Origin: Hyphomonadaceae bacterium
GTDB taxonomy: Bacteria > Pseudomonadota > Alphaproteobacteria > Caulobacterales > Hyphomonadaceae
Assembly (NCBI GenBank): GCA_016714495.1
Contig: JADKDU010000007.1
Coordinates: 59,438-123,437 of the forward strand
Reading direction: 5' to 3'
Length of the DNA stretch: 64,000 nucleotides
Positions within the stretch are counted from its first letter, which is position 1, and every line of letters begins with the position of its first letter. Shown here one piece after another: positions 50,004 to 60,051 of the stretch. Made by a program: the position numbers and the translations under genes. The notes beneath the pieces are model-generated. The model ran no database searches and had not been told where the DNA came from. It saw only the letters and a list, made by a program, of their open reading frames with translations.

Positions 50004-50687
50004 ATGCGTTCGTTGACGCTTGCTTTCGCGTTGAGCCTCGCTGCCGGATGCGCCCAAGGGCCCGCCCCGCAAAGCCCTGCCGGGTTTGTCGACGCGCGCG
50101 CAATGATTCCCGGTCTCGTCGTCGAGATGCGCTATGCCGGCAAGGAGAACTTCGTCGGCCGCCCGATTAACGGCTATGAGGCGCCGGTCTGTCTACTCAC
50201 ACGGCAAGCCGCCGCCGCGCTGACACAGGTCCAGCAACAGCTCTCCGCCTCGGACTTGGGCCTCAAGGTGTTTGACTGCTACCGCCCCGCCCGCGCTGTG
50301 GCGGATTTCGCCCGATGGGCGCGCGACCCGCAGGATCAGGCGCGCAAGGCTGACTATTATCCCAACATCGACAAGTCCCAGCTATTCGCTCTCGGCTACA
50401 TCGCCGAACGCTCGGGCCATTCGCGCGGCTCTACGCTCGACGTTACGCTCGTGAACCTCGCCACGAAGGCCGAGATTGACATGGGCAGCGGCTACGACCT
50501 CTTCGACACACGTTCCTGGCCCACCGATCAGACCGTGAGCCCCGCCCAGCGCGACAACCGCACGAAACTGCAAGCCGTGATGACAGCCCACGGCTTCCGC
50601 CCCCTGGCCGAGGAATGGTGGCACTTCACCCTCAACGCCGAGCCACACCCGGAAACCTACTTCGATTTCCCGGTGCAGCCGCGCTAA
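50004..50687 (+). CDS. ddpX: D-alanyl-D-alanine dipeptidase (VanX/DdpX, M15D), lipoprotein
   Basis: LSLAAGC lipobox. VEMRYAGKENFVGRPINGY, SGHSRGSTLDVTL, EWWHF. Confidence 0.85.
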   Translation: MRSLTLAFALSLAAGCAQGPAPQSPAGFVDARAMIPGLVVEMRYAGKENFVGRPINGYEAPVCLLTRQAAAALTQVQQQLSASDLGLKVFDCYRPARAVADFARWARDPQDQARKADYYPNIDKSQLFALGYIAERSGHSRGSTLDVTLVNLATKAEIDMGSGYDLFDTRSWPTDQTVSPAQRDNRTKLQAVMTAHGFRPLAEEWWHFTLNAEPHPETYFDFPVQPR

Positions 50688-50693
50688 GGCGCC

Positions 50694-52859
50694 CTACTTC
50701 CCGTCCATCAGCTTGCGCGACAGGTAGGTGAACTCCAGCGCCGCGCGCTTGGCTGCTTCGCGCTGGTTCGCCGCCGCCGAATGACCGCCGTCGATGTTCT
50801 CGTAGTAGAGGAAAGGCTTGCCGAGTTCTTCGAGGCGCTTGGCCAGCTTGCGCGCGTGGCCGGGATGCACGCGGTCATCCTTGGTCGACGTCTCGAAATA
50901 GATTTCGGGATACGTCTTGGCCGGATCGACATTGTGATAGGGCGACAGCTTTTCGAGAAAGGCGCGCTCTTCCGGCACGTCCGGATCGCCATACTCGTCC
51001 ATCCAGGACGCGCCGGCGAGCAGCATGTGGTAGCGCAGCATGTCGAGCAGCGGCACCTGGCAGACAATGGCCCTGAACAGATCCGGGCGCTGCGTGAGCA
51101 TCACGCCCATAAGCAAGCCGCCATTCGAGCCGCCCATCGCGCCGAGCTTTTCCTTCGACGTGATATTCTTCGCGATCACATCCTCGGCCACCGCAATGAA
51201 GTCGTCATAAACGACCTGCCGCTTGGTCTTGAGGCCCGCCTGATGCCAGGCCGGACCGAACTCGCCGCCGCCGCGGATGTTCGCCATCACATAGACGCCG
51301 CCCTGCTCCAGCCACAGCTTGCCGACCGTGCCCGAATAGCCAGGCGTCTGGCTGACCTGGAAACCGCCATAGCCATAGACGAGCGTCGGGTTCGAACCGT
51401 CGAGCTTGATGTCTTGTCTGTGCACCACGAAGTACGGAACCTTCGTCCCATCCTTCGATGTCGCCTCGTATTGGTCCACCTGCATGTCAGATGCATCGAA
51501 CCACGCCGGCAGCGCCTTGATCTGCGAGAGCGCTCCGCTTGCAGAGTCATACGTGAACAGCGCATCCGGCGAGAGATAGCCTTCGAAACCGAGAAAGGCC
51601 GTCGCTTCTTCTACATCGGAAAAGATCACGCCCGCCGATCCGTTTGGAGGCAAGGGGACCTCCTTGGATGTCCAGCCTGACGCGCCTTTGCGATAGGCCA
51701 TCACCTTCACGACGACATTGTCGGAAATGTTTACCAGCAGCTCGTTTTTCGTGATGCCGACTCCCTGCAGCGCCTGTTTCGGCGTCGGGCGGAACACCAG
51801 CTCCACTTTCGGCAGTTTCCCGTCAGCGAGAAACGCGCTCCACTTGTAGCCAATCAGGTCGCCGGCCGTGAACGTCTCCTGGCCGTCCGGCGTCCAGTCC
51901 TCCTCGATCGTCGCGATCAGCGTGTCGGCGAACACGCCCTGCGGACGTGCCTTCGACGGCAGCGGAATCTTGATCGGCGATGATCCGCTGTCGGGAAACA
52001 GGAAATAGCTCGACGTATAGAACGTCTCCGCCCGCGCTGCGCCGAACCAGCGCTTGCCGCTCGCATCCTCCAACGCAAACGGCGATGTCGCCACGTCCTT
52101 CACGTCGCCGCGGAACACCTCCACTGCCTGCTCAAGCCGCTGGCCGCGATAGAGCCGCTTTATCACGAAGGGATAGCCGCTCTCGGTCAACGAAGGCGTA
52201 TCGCCGCCCCAGTCGGTTGCGATCAGCAGCGTGTCCTTGTCCTGCCATTCAGCGGATGTCTTCGCCTCGAGAATGTCGAACCCGCCGCCGACGAACCCCG
52301 CCTTCGCCCCGCCCCCATTTGCTCCATTTGGGGCAATCGAATACTCGCGCACGCGCACCGCATCCTTGCCGCCATCCGACAGCGACAAGAGGCACTGCGT
52401 CTGTTCCGGCGGCAGGCAGCTTACGCCCTTGTAGACCCAGTTCGCCCCTTCCGCCTTCGCCAGCGCATCCACATCGAGCAGGGTCTCCCACGCCGGCGCC
52501 GCCTTGACGTATTCGCCCAGCACCGTGCGCCGCCACAGCCCGCGCTCGTGCGCCTCGTCCTGCCAGAAATTGTAGACATGGCCCGCGCGGATCGACCCAT
52601 AGGGTATCCGCTCCGCCGACGTCGCGATCTTCAGCGCTGCATCGTAATAGCCCTGATAGCGCGCCTCTCCCTCCAGAACCTTCAGCGTGCGCTCGTTCTC
52701 CCTGCGCACCCAAGCCAGCGCCTCCGCCCCCTCGACCTCCTCTAGATAGAGATGCGCGTCCGAATTCGGGTCGAGAGCATTCGCCGTCACTTTGACTTCC
52801 TCCTGCGGGGAACACGCCGCCAGCACTGCCGCCGCCATAACTGCGAGCACGATGCGCAT
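50694..52859 (-). CDS. prolyl oligopeptidase family serine peptidase (S9A)
   Basis: 721 aa with AVLAAC lipobox. Beta-propeller N-domain and catalytic GGSNGGLL Ser motif. Confidence 0.88.
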   Translation of the reverse strand: MRIVLAVMAAAVLAACSPQEEVKVTANALDPNSDAHLYLEEVEGAEALAWVRRENERTLKVLEGEARYQGYYDAALKIATSAERIPYGSIRAGHVYNFWQDEAHERGLWRRTVLGEYVKAAPAWETLLDVDALAKAEGANWVYKGVSCLPPEQTQCLLSLSDGGKDAVRVREYSIAPNGANGGGAKAGFVGGGFDILEAKTSAEWQDKDTLLIATDWGGDTPSLTESGYPFVIKRLYRGQRLEQAVEVFRGDVKDVATSPFALEDASGKRWFGAARAETFYTSSYFLFPDSGSSPIKIPLPSKARPQGVFADTLIATIEEDWTPDGQETFTAGDLIGYKWSAFLADGKLPKVELVFRPTPKQALQGVGITKNELLVNISDNVVVKVMAYRKGASGWTSKEVPLPPNGSAGVIFSDVEEATAFLGFEGYLSPDALFTYDSASGALSQIKALPAWFDASDMQVDQYEATSKDGTKVPYFVVHRQDIKLDGSNPTLVYGYGGFQVSQTPGYSGTVGKLWLEQGGVYVMANIRGGGEFGPAWHQAGLKTKRQVVYDDFIAVAEDVIAKNITSKEKLGAMGGSNGGLLMGVMLTQRPDLFRAIVCQVPLLDMLRYHMLLAGASWMDEYGDPDVPEERAFLEKLSPYHNVDPAKTYPEIYFETSTKDDRVHPGHARKLAKRLEELGKPFLYYENIDGGHSAAANQREAAKRAALEFTYLSRKLMDGK

Positions 52860-52996
52860 GCAGATGATCCCTCATGTCTTGCCCGGCAAGGGTTAGCGGC
52901 TGACGCCCGGGAAGCAAGCTTCCCCCTGTTTTTCCAACGAAATCGCAATCCGCGGGCGCCTAGCCACCCCGCCCTAACCGCCTTACATCTCCCGTC

Positions 52997-53812
52997 ATGA
53001 AGTTCTGGAAGATGAATGGGGCCGGCAATTCGTTCGTCATCTTTGACGACCGCAAGGGCCTGCTCGGCCTCAGGCCCGAGCAGATCAAGGCCATCGCCAA
53101 CCCGGAAACCGGGGCTGGCGCGGACCAGGTCATCGCCATGGAATCGACCCTGCGCGGCGACGTCTTCATGCGCATCTGGAACAAGGACGGCTCCAGCGCC
53201 GAAGCCTGCGGCAACGCCACGCGGTGCGTCGCCTGGCTGGTGATGGAGGAGACCGGCAAGGAGAAGCTGGTCATCGAGACCGTCGCCGGCCGCCTCAAGG
53301 CCGACCGCATCGGCGAGCGCCAGATCTCCGTCGACATGGGCTCGCCCCTGCTCAAATGGGAAGAGATCCCGCTGGCCGAGCGGATGGACACGCGCGGCAT
53401 CGATCTCAAGATCGGCCCGATCGATGCGCCCTACCTTCAACTCCCCGGCGCGGTGAACATGGGCAACCCTCATGTCGTCTTCTTCGTGCCTGACCTCGAC
53501 AAGGTCGACGTGAAGGCAGTGGGCTCACTCGTTGAATGGCACCCGCTGTTTCCGCAGGGCGTCAATGTCGGCTTCCTCGAAGTGATCTCCAGAACCGAAA
53601 CGCGCCTGCGCACCTGGGAGCGCAATGCCGGCCAGACGCTCGCCTGCGGCTCCAACAACTGCGCCGCCATCGTCGCCGCCGCCCGCCGCAACCTCACCGA
53701 CCGCAAAGCCCTCGTCCACAATGACGGCGGCGACATCACGATCGAGTGGAGCGAAGCCACCGACCACGTCATCATGTCGGGTCCGGTGGAGCTGGAGTAT
53801 GTGACCGGGTAA
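52997..53812 (+). CDS. dapF: diaminopimelate epimerase
   Basis: MKFWKMNGAGNSFVIFD, NKDGSSAEACGNATRC, NMGNPHVVFFV, ERNAGQTLACGSN. Confidence 0.92.
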   Translation: MKFWKMNGAGNSFVIFDDRKGLLGLRPEQIKAIANPETGAGADQVIAMESTLRGDVFMRIWNKDGSSAEACGNATRCVAWLVMEETGKEKLVIETVAGRLKADRIGERQISVDMGSPLLKWEEIPLAERMDTRGIDLKIGPIDAPYLQLPGAVNMGNPHVVFFVPDLDKVDVKAVGSLVEWHPLFPQGVNVGFLEVISRTETRLRTWERNAGQTLACGSNNCAAIVAAARRNLTDRKALVHNDGGDITIEWSEATDHVIMSGPVELEYVTG

Positions 53813-53988
53813 TTCGAGCACCGCAGCCCCGGCTGCTGCAGGTAGAACTGGAAGCGCGCCCGCATGGTTCGAGGGGCGCTCCCTTCGATCGCTGCTCACC
53901 AGGGGGGCTGAGCAGGCATTGTCGTCGAGGAGAGACCTCATGGTGAGCAGCCGCGTAGCGGCGCCCGTCGAACCACGAGGCCTCAGGC

Positions 53989-54230
53989 TCACGAACCCTG
54001 CACCTTCTTCTTCGCGCGGCGCGAGCGCTTCATCTGCTGCTCGACAGCGATCGCATCGGTGATGAGCTGGGACTCCTGCGGCCATACCAGCCGAACCGGC
54101 CTCCGCTTGTAGGTCCACGCGCGCGATAGGCGCCGGCATTGTGTTCGCTCACACGCATGCCGAGATCATCGCCACGATAGATGCCGATACAGATGCGCTC
54201 GTCGGAGCATATCAGCATGTAGACCGATGC
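53989..54230 (-). pseudogene. GIY-YIG (YhbQ-like) nuclease, frameshifted, no clear start
   Basis: ASVYMLICSDERICIGIYRGDDLGMRVSEHNAGAYRA in one frame continues as WTYKRRPVRLVWPQESQLITDAIAVEQQMKRSRRAKKKV in another. The shift lies in a CGCGCGCG run. Confidence 0.55.
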
Positions 54231-54274
54231 ACGCGTGGCGCCCCTGAACGCCCGACCCGCGCTACCCTTCCCGA

Positions 54275-54734
54275 CTACCGCACCGAAATCGTCATCGACA
54301 TCGACGGGCCGCCCCGCTCTTTCGGCGGCTCGATAAAGGCTTCCATGAACACGGTCGGGTTGGCGGCTGAGCCATCCACGCGCAAGCCGCGCGCGATGGC
54401 CTTGTCCTCCGCACTCGTCTTCCCGGAGAGGTCGGTGCGGGTCCAGCCGGCAAGGCAGGCTTTCCTTGCCGCGTCGAGCTGGTCGAGTTTGGCGCTGACC
54501 AGCTCGGGCTCAACGAACTGCCCGTGACAGGCAAAGACGCTGACGGCTTGCGTATCGATCCAGCACGAATAGGCGTCCAGCAGATAGAAGTACGGCTCGT
54601 AATTGTCCTCGAAGTTCTCGTCTTCCCTCAGCGATCACGAAGCCGGACGTCGCCTCCGCGACCACTTCCTTCAGCTCGCCGCAGTAATCCTGCGCATGCG
54701 CCATCGGCGCCAGACCAGGCGCCGCCGCAGCCAG
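54275..54734 (-). pseudogene. secreted hypothetical protein, 5'-truncated and frameshifted
   Basis: Partial signal GWLAAAAPGLAPMAHAQDYCGELKEVVAEATSGFVIAE, a frameshift at a G-run near 54627, then EDENFEDNYEPYFYLLDAYSCWIDTQAVSVFACHGQFV... to TAG 54275. Confidence 0.45.
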
Positions 54735-54740
54735 CCATCC

Positions 54741-55865
54741 CAGTGCCGCGGCCGCGCCGGCCGCACGGGGCCCGGCGTGTGCTATCGCCTCTGGCGCGAA
54801 GCCGAGATGCGCGGCTTTGCGGCTTCCCCCCCTCGCCGGAGATCGAGAACGCCGATCTTACCGGTCTCGCCCTCGATCTTGTGCGCTGGGGCGCAAAGAC
54901 GCCGGTCGATCTCAGCTGGCTCAATCCTCCCTGCGAAACGCCGTGGCGCCTCGCCCGCGACCGTCTTGTCAGCAGCAACGCTCTCAGGCTGGATGGCGAG
55001 ATCACGGCGCTGGGCAAGCGCCTCAGCGACTTTCCACTTCCGCCCCGTCTTGCCTTGATGGTCCTGCGCGGCGCCGAAATCGGTCAGGCGCAACTCGCCG
55101 CCGACATCGCCGCACTCCTGTCGGAGCGCGATCTCGGCGGCCGTTCCACCGATCTTGACCAGCGCCTCTCCCGCTTCCGCGTCGATAGCGGTCAGCGCGG
55201 CCGCGCCATGCGTGATCTTGCCATCCGCTGGGCCAAACTCGCTGGCGGCAAGCCCGCCGCCCCGATCAGCGCCGCCGCCGTCCTCGCCCTCGGCTTCCCC
55301 GAACGTATCGGCCGCCTGCGCGGATCAGTTCCTGGCCGCTTCATCCTCGCAGATGGTCGCGGCGCCGTGCTGGACGAGACGGATCCGATGACCTCCCAGC
55401 AATGGATCGTCATCGCCGACATGACCGGCGCCGGGCCCGACCTCCGCATCACGCTCGCTGGCCGCTACACAGAAGGCGAAGCGCTCTCCTCCGACGCGAT
55501 CGAAACCCGCGAGGAGGCCCGCTACGATCACGATGCCCGCCGTGTGTGCGCGCGCCGCGCAAAGATGCTCGGCGCCATCGGCCTAGAAGACGGCCCGCTC
55601 CCCGCCCCGTCCGGCGACCTCGTCCGCCATGCCCTACTCGACGCTATCCGCGAACAGGGCCTCGGCCTCCTGCGACATGGCGATGGCGCCCAAACCATCA
55701 TCGGCCGCATCGAACTGCTCAGCCGTGCGATCGGCGATCCTTGGCCAGCAGCGTTCGGTCAACGCGCCATGTCACGCCTCGAAGAATGGCTCGGCCCGCA
55801 ACTAGGCTCACCGGGCGCCCTCAACTCCCTGTCCAGCGGCCAAATCGCCGACGCACTCCGTTCAT
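54741..55865 (+). pseudogene. hrpB: ATP-dependent helicase HrpB, internal fragment (motif VI to HA2/OB region), frameshifted
   Basis: QCRGRAGRTGPGVCYRLW (helicase motif VI), a frame change in a C7 run near 54826-54832, then PEIENADLTGLALDLVRWG, PPRLALMVL, AALLSERD. The DEAH core and about the last 110 aa are missing. Confidence 0.75.
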
Positions 55866-56117
55866 TCGAATTGTCGAAATTTCCCTGTCGGGATTCGTGT
55901 CGCGCGGATTGCGCAAGTGCAGCATTCGCCGTGTCTTTTAAGTCGAATTTCTCGAAATCCCTACGTGATCGGCGCGATCTCTGTTGACGGGAGCGTAAGT
56001 CAGGCAGCAGGCTCAGACCGCGCCAACCGGCGCTATAACAACGCGGAGTCGCTGGCGTTCGCAAATAAAAAAATCGGAACGCTGCGGGAGCATCCGCCAT
56101 TGGGGAGATCGCGAATT

Positions 56118-58790
56118 ATGGCGCAGCATTGTCGTATTCCGTTCGTGAGCCTGCTTGCCTTGGGCGCAGCCATGCCTGCCTTCGCGCAGGAAGTTCCGCA
56201 AGCCAAGCCGCAGGCCGACGATGACCGCGACGTCGTGGTCATCACCGCCAACAAGCGTGAAGAGACCGTCCAGGACATCGCCGTCGCCGTTACGGCCATC
56301 ACGTCCGACGCCAAGCAGGAGCGCGGCATCATCACCATTACCGACATGACTAACGTCACGCCGGGTCTGTCCTACACTCCCTCCCTTGAGCGCGTGACAC
56401 TGCGTGGCATCGGCCGCCTTTCCAACAGCATCGGCGCCGATCCGGGCGTCGCCAACTACACTGACGGTCTGTACTCATCCTTCGCCATAACGGCTGGCAG
56501 GGACGCGATGCTGATCGAGCGCGTCGAAATTCTGCGCGGCCCGCAAGGCACGCTCTATGGTCGTAACTCCATCGGCGGCGCGATCAACATCATCTCCAAG
56601 CGCCCTACCGACGAACTCGCGGTCGACCTCAAGCTCGGCGCGGGCAATTACGATTATGCCAACGCGGTCGCATCTGTGTCCGGCCCGATCACCGATTGGC
56701 TTCGCTATCGTGTAGCGGGTCAGCGCGAACAGCGCGACGGCGTCGACTACAACTACGGAACCGGTGAAAGCGAAAGCTGGGCGCTGAACGATTATTATCT
56801 TGAATTCCAGCTGGAAGGCGACATCGGCGACCGCTTCTCCTGGTGGTTCAAGACCAGTGAAACCGGCTTTAACAAGGCCGGCCCTCCGGGCGGCGCGACA
56901 TCGGTCTTCACCGACGCGCCGTACCTGCCGCAATTCAACACCAATGGCGCGACGGCTGTGAACCCGTCCTTCGCTTACAGCAATCCGTCCGTCATTTCGT
57001 TTACGCAGGCCGGCTCGCGTAGGGACAACCCGTTCGCGACAAATGGCGAGCGCGCATACAACTCGAACCGGGCGCAGATCGGCACGGTCGACCAGAATGA
57101 CGAGTATGTTCTGGAGGCCGTCTATTCGACCGACTGGTTCGACATCAAATACGTCGGCGGGTATGTGTACTTCGACTATAGCCGAAGCTTCGACGCAGAT
57201 GGCACGCCGATCAAGTCGGTGACGTACAACGCGATCACATCGCAGATCACCGCGGGTCCCTGCGCGGCTTTCGGCGCGAACCAGTTGCGCGGCTTCCCGA
57301 CTTCAACGCTGACGTCAGTTGGCGGTGGCGGTTGCATCACGGGCGCGGCTCCACGCACGATCTTCCCAAATTCCACGGACACCTACGGGGAGAGCCGCGC
57401 CTTCTACTCCAACGAGATCAACCTGATTTCCACGATGGACGGTCCGCTGCAGTGGATCGGCGGCATCTACCAGTACCAGGAAAACAACAAACAGCCTGGC
57501 CTGCAGCTCACGCTCGACGACGAGCCGCTGGCTGGCAGCTACCTAAACCCGACGACTGCCAGCGTCATCGCGAATCCAAACCGCTATCTGCAGTACTTCA
57601 GCAACACCGGCCTGTATAACGCCTATGGCGTATATGGTCAGGCGGACTACACGCTGAACGATCAATTGAAGTTCACCGCCGGCGTGCGGTATTCCAAGGA
57701 CATCAAGGAGTCGAAGGAAGAGGGCTTCGTCGCCTGCTACATCCTCTGCTCGGGGCTGGGCCTGCCGGCGGCATACGGGAACATCACTGCTATCGCGTTC
57801 GGGAACAGGTTGACGGCGACGCAAGCAACTGACGGATACACCGCCGCCCTGGATAACCGCGGCTTCGCGGTTCGCCGCCTCAAAGGCGACTGGGAAGCGG
57901 TGACCGGCACGGCGGGTGTCGAATATCGTCCGTGGGACGATACTCTAACGTTCGCCAAATACTCACGCGGCTACAAGGCTGGCGGTTTCAACAACGTTGG
58001 CTTTGCCCGGAACCCTTACACGGAATCGGAGTTTGTCGATTCGTACGAAGCGGGCTGGAAGCAGACCTGGGCCGACTTCGGCCTCACGACCAACGCAGCG
58101 GTGTTCCTCTACAAATACACCGACGCGCAGGCCCCGCTCGCGATCGTGACCGAGGTAGCGGGTATCCGCACGGCAACCACAGCTTTCGTCAACGTGCCAG
58201 AAGTTGAAACCACGGGTTTCGAACTCGAAGCCAACTGGAGCCCGATCGATCCGCTGAACATTGGCTTCACTTATGCATATCTGAACGCCGAGATTACCGA
58301 AGCTGGCGTCTATACCGATCCGACGCGGGATGATCGTTGCGTCGGCGCGACCCCGACCTCGCGCGTCACCTGCAACGCCACGTTCACGACGCTTGTCGAT
58401 CCGGCATCTGTCCGTTCAGTTAAAGGCAACCAACTGTCTCAATCGCCGAAGAACAAGATCGCGCTGAATGCTTCGTATCGCTTCGAGATGGAAGATGGCT
58501 CCTACTTCCTGCCGACGGTCAGCTACTCCTGGCGCGACGAGTTCTACGGTTCGTTCTTCAACAACGACAACCAGATCTCGCCCGCCTACGATAACCTCGA
58601 CGCACGTCTGAACTGGAAATCCTCGGACGACTTGCTGGGCCTGACATTCTGGGTCCGCAACTTGACGGACGAAGCCCAGACAGCAAACGTCGGCGCCAAC
58701 AACTTCCGCAAGGATGACAATGCTCGGTACCAGACCTTCGACTTCACGCCGCCGCGTACATACGGCGTCGATCTGCTGATCCACTACTAG
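56118..58790 (+). CDS. TonB-dependent receptor
   Basis: Signal ending AFAQE, plug VVVITANKREETVQDIAV, RVEILRGPQGTLYGRNSIGG, C-terminal YGVDLLIHY. Confidence 0.9.
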   Translation: MAQHCRIPFVSLLALGAAMPAFAQEVPQAKPQADDDRDVVVITANKREETVQDIAVAVTAITSDAKQERGIITITDMTNVTPGLSYTPSLERVTLRGIGRLSNSIGADPGVANYTDGLYSSFAITAGRDAMLIERVEILRGPQGTLYGRNSIGGAINIISKRPTDELAVDLKLGAGNYDYANAVASVSGPITDWLRYRVAGQREQRDGVDYNYGTGESESWALNDYYLEFQLEGDIGDRFSWWFKTSETGFNKAGPPGGATSVFTDAPYLPQFNTNGATAVNPSFAYSNPSVISFTQAGSRRDNPFATNGERAYNSNRAQIGTVDQNDEYVLEAVYSTDWFDIKYVGGYVYFDYSRSFDADGTPIKSVTYNAITSQITAGPCAAFGANQLRGFPTSTLTSVGGGGCITGAAPRTIFPNSTDTYGESRAFYSNEINLISTMDGPLQWIGGIYQYQENNKQPGLQLTLDDEPLAGSYLNPTTASVIANPNRYLQYFSNTGLYNAYGVYGQADYTLNDQLKFTAGVRYSKDIKESKEEGFVACYILCSGLGLPAAYGNITAIAFGNRLTATQATDGYTAALDNRGFAVRRLKGDWEAVTGTAGVEYRPWDDTLTFAKYSRGYKAGGFNNVGFARNPYTESEFVDSYEAGWKQTWADFGLTTNAAVFLYKYTDAQAPLAIVTEVAGIRTATTAFVNVPEVETTGFELEANWSPIDPLNIGFTYAYLNAEITEAGVYTDPTRDDRCVGATPTSRVTCNATFTTLVDPASVRSVKGNQLSQSPKNKIALNASYRFEMEDGSYFLPTVSYSWRDEFYGSFFNNDNQISPAYDNLDARLNWKSSDDLLGLTFWVRNLTDEAQTANVGANNFRKDDNARYQTFDFTPPRTYGVDLLIHY

Positions 58791-58834
58791 GCCTGGGCGC
58801 GCTTCGGCGCGCACCGGTTGGTGACTCCAAGACT

Positions 58835-58869
58835 GCGCCGGTCCCTTCTGGGGCCGGCGCTTTTCGTTT
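58835..58869 (+). terminator. rho-independent terminator
   Basis: GCGCCGGTCCC-ttct-GGGGCCGGCGC followed by TTTTCGTTT. Confidence 0.75.
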
Positions 58870-59424
58870 GCGCCTCTCGGTCAATTCAGGGCCTGACGTC
58901 GCGTCGCGGCTTATCAGCGGAGATTGACCTGGGCGACGTCTCGAGCGCGAATGTGGCGTCACGCTGACCTGACGACGCTGGAACGCCCGGCGCAGTTCAA
59001 GACGCAGACGATCCCGGCCGATCGGGCGCTGCAGATGGAGCAGGCGCGGGCGCGGGCGCGCATGATGCAGGCGTCGAATGCGCCGAGCAATCCGAACTAA
59101 GGCGCACCGACCGATGGCGATGCAAACGCCGGCTACAGCGCCTTCTGGATCGATCCGGGCACGCAGTACGGCGTGGTGAAGGGCGAGACCCGGTCGTCGT
59201 GGTCAAGGGTGTGGCGCAAAGCGCCAGCAGCATCAAGACGAGCGTCGACGACCTGCTGGATACGGACAAGGTGAAGTCGCTCGGTCGCTACCAGCAGACA
59301 CTTCGTGCGCCGATGCGCAGTGGCACGTTCGCATTCATCGCCAACTATTCTCATGGAAAGATCCTCCCAACCTCGCAACTACCGCGAAGCCGGGCACGCG
59401 CTGTCAATGACATCGGGCAGCCGG

Positions 59425-59943
59425 CTAGGCTTTGGCGCCCATCGCCACATCCACCATAATCTCGCCTGAGATCGCCTCCAGCGCGTCCTGCACGGCGGCG
59501 GCCTTCAGCCCCTCGGGCAAGCGCAGATGCGCCGCCATGTGGAAGAGTTGGCCGCCCGCATGCGCCTCTGCGCTCAGCCATGTCTCGAACGTCTCGATGT
59601 TGGCGCCGAGGCTGCTCACCGCCGCCGTCACCTGGTTGACGATGCCCGGCCGGTCCTGCCCCACCAGCGAGAATTCCAGCGTCTCGCCCGCCGCGCCCGC
59701 GTCCTCGACGGCCGGCGCGATGCGCACCTCCAACCCCGCCGCATCGACAGCCGCCACGGCCGCGCGCAACGCATCGACCTTGCCCTCCGCCAGTTCGACC
59801 AGAACGGAGCCGAGATAAAGCCCGCCCAGCCGCGACAGATGGCTCTCCAGCCAGTTGCCGCCCGCCGACAAGACAGCCGCCGCCAACGCCTTGGTCAGGC
59901 CGGGCCTGTCACTGCCGACGACGCTCAAGACCAACAACGCCAT
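59425..59943 (-). CDS. ACT-domain protein (glycine cleavage system regulator GcvR-like)
   Basis: Two ACT repeats: LLVLSVVGSDRPGLTKALAAAV and FSLVGQDRPGIVNQVTAAV. Confidence 0.7.
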   Translation of the reverse strand: MALLVLSVVGSDRPGLTKALAAAVLSAGGNWLESHLSRLGGLYLGSVLVELAEGKVDALRAAVAAVDAAGLEVRIAPAVEDAGAAGETLEFSLVGQDRPGIVNQVTAAVSSLGANIETFETWLSAEAHAGGQLFHMAAHLRLPEGLKAAAVQDALEAISGEIMVDVAMGAKA

Positions 59944-60051
59944 GGATAACCTCGCGATGGAACAGTTGAGCGGCATTGTTAGGCCAAGGCGCATCGCCGC
60001 GCCATGGTCTGCGCGGCGCCTGTCTCACGCCGGCAAGTGTGCGAGGGAGGC

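Noticed and set aside
53525-54139. 204-aa minus-strand ORF overlapping the dapF 3' end and the GIY-YIG region
   Set aside because: It mixes antisense dapF sequence with out-of-frame GIY-YIG remnant and has no motif. The GIY-YIG signature lies in other frames.
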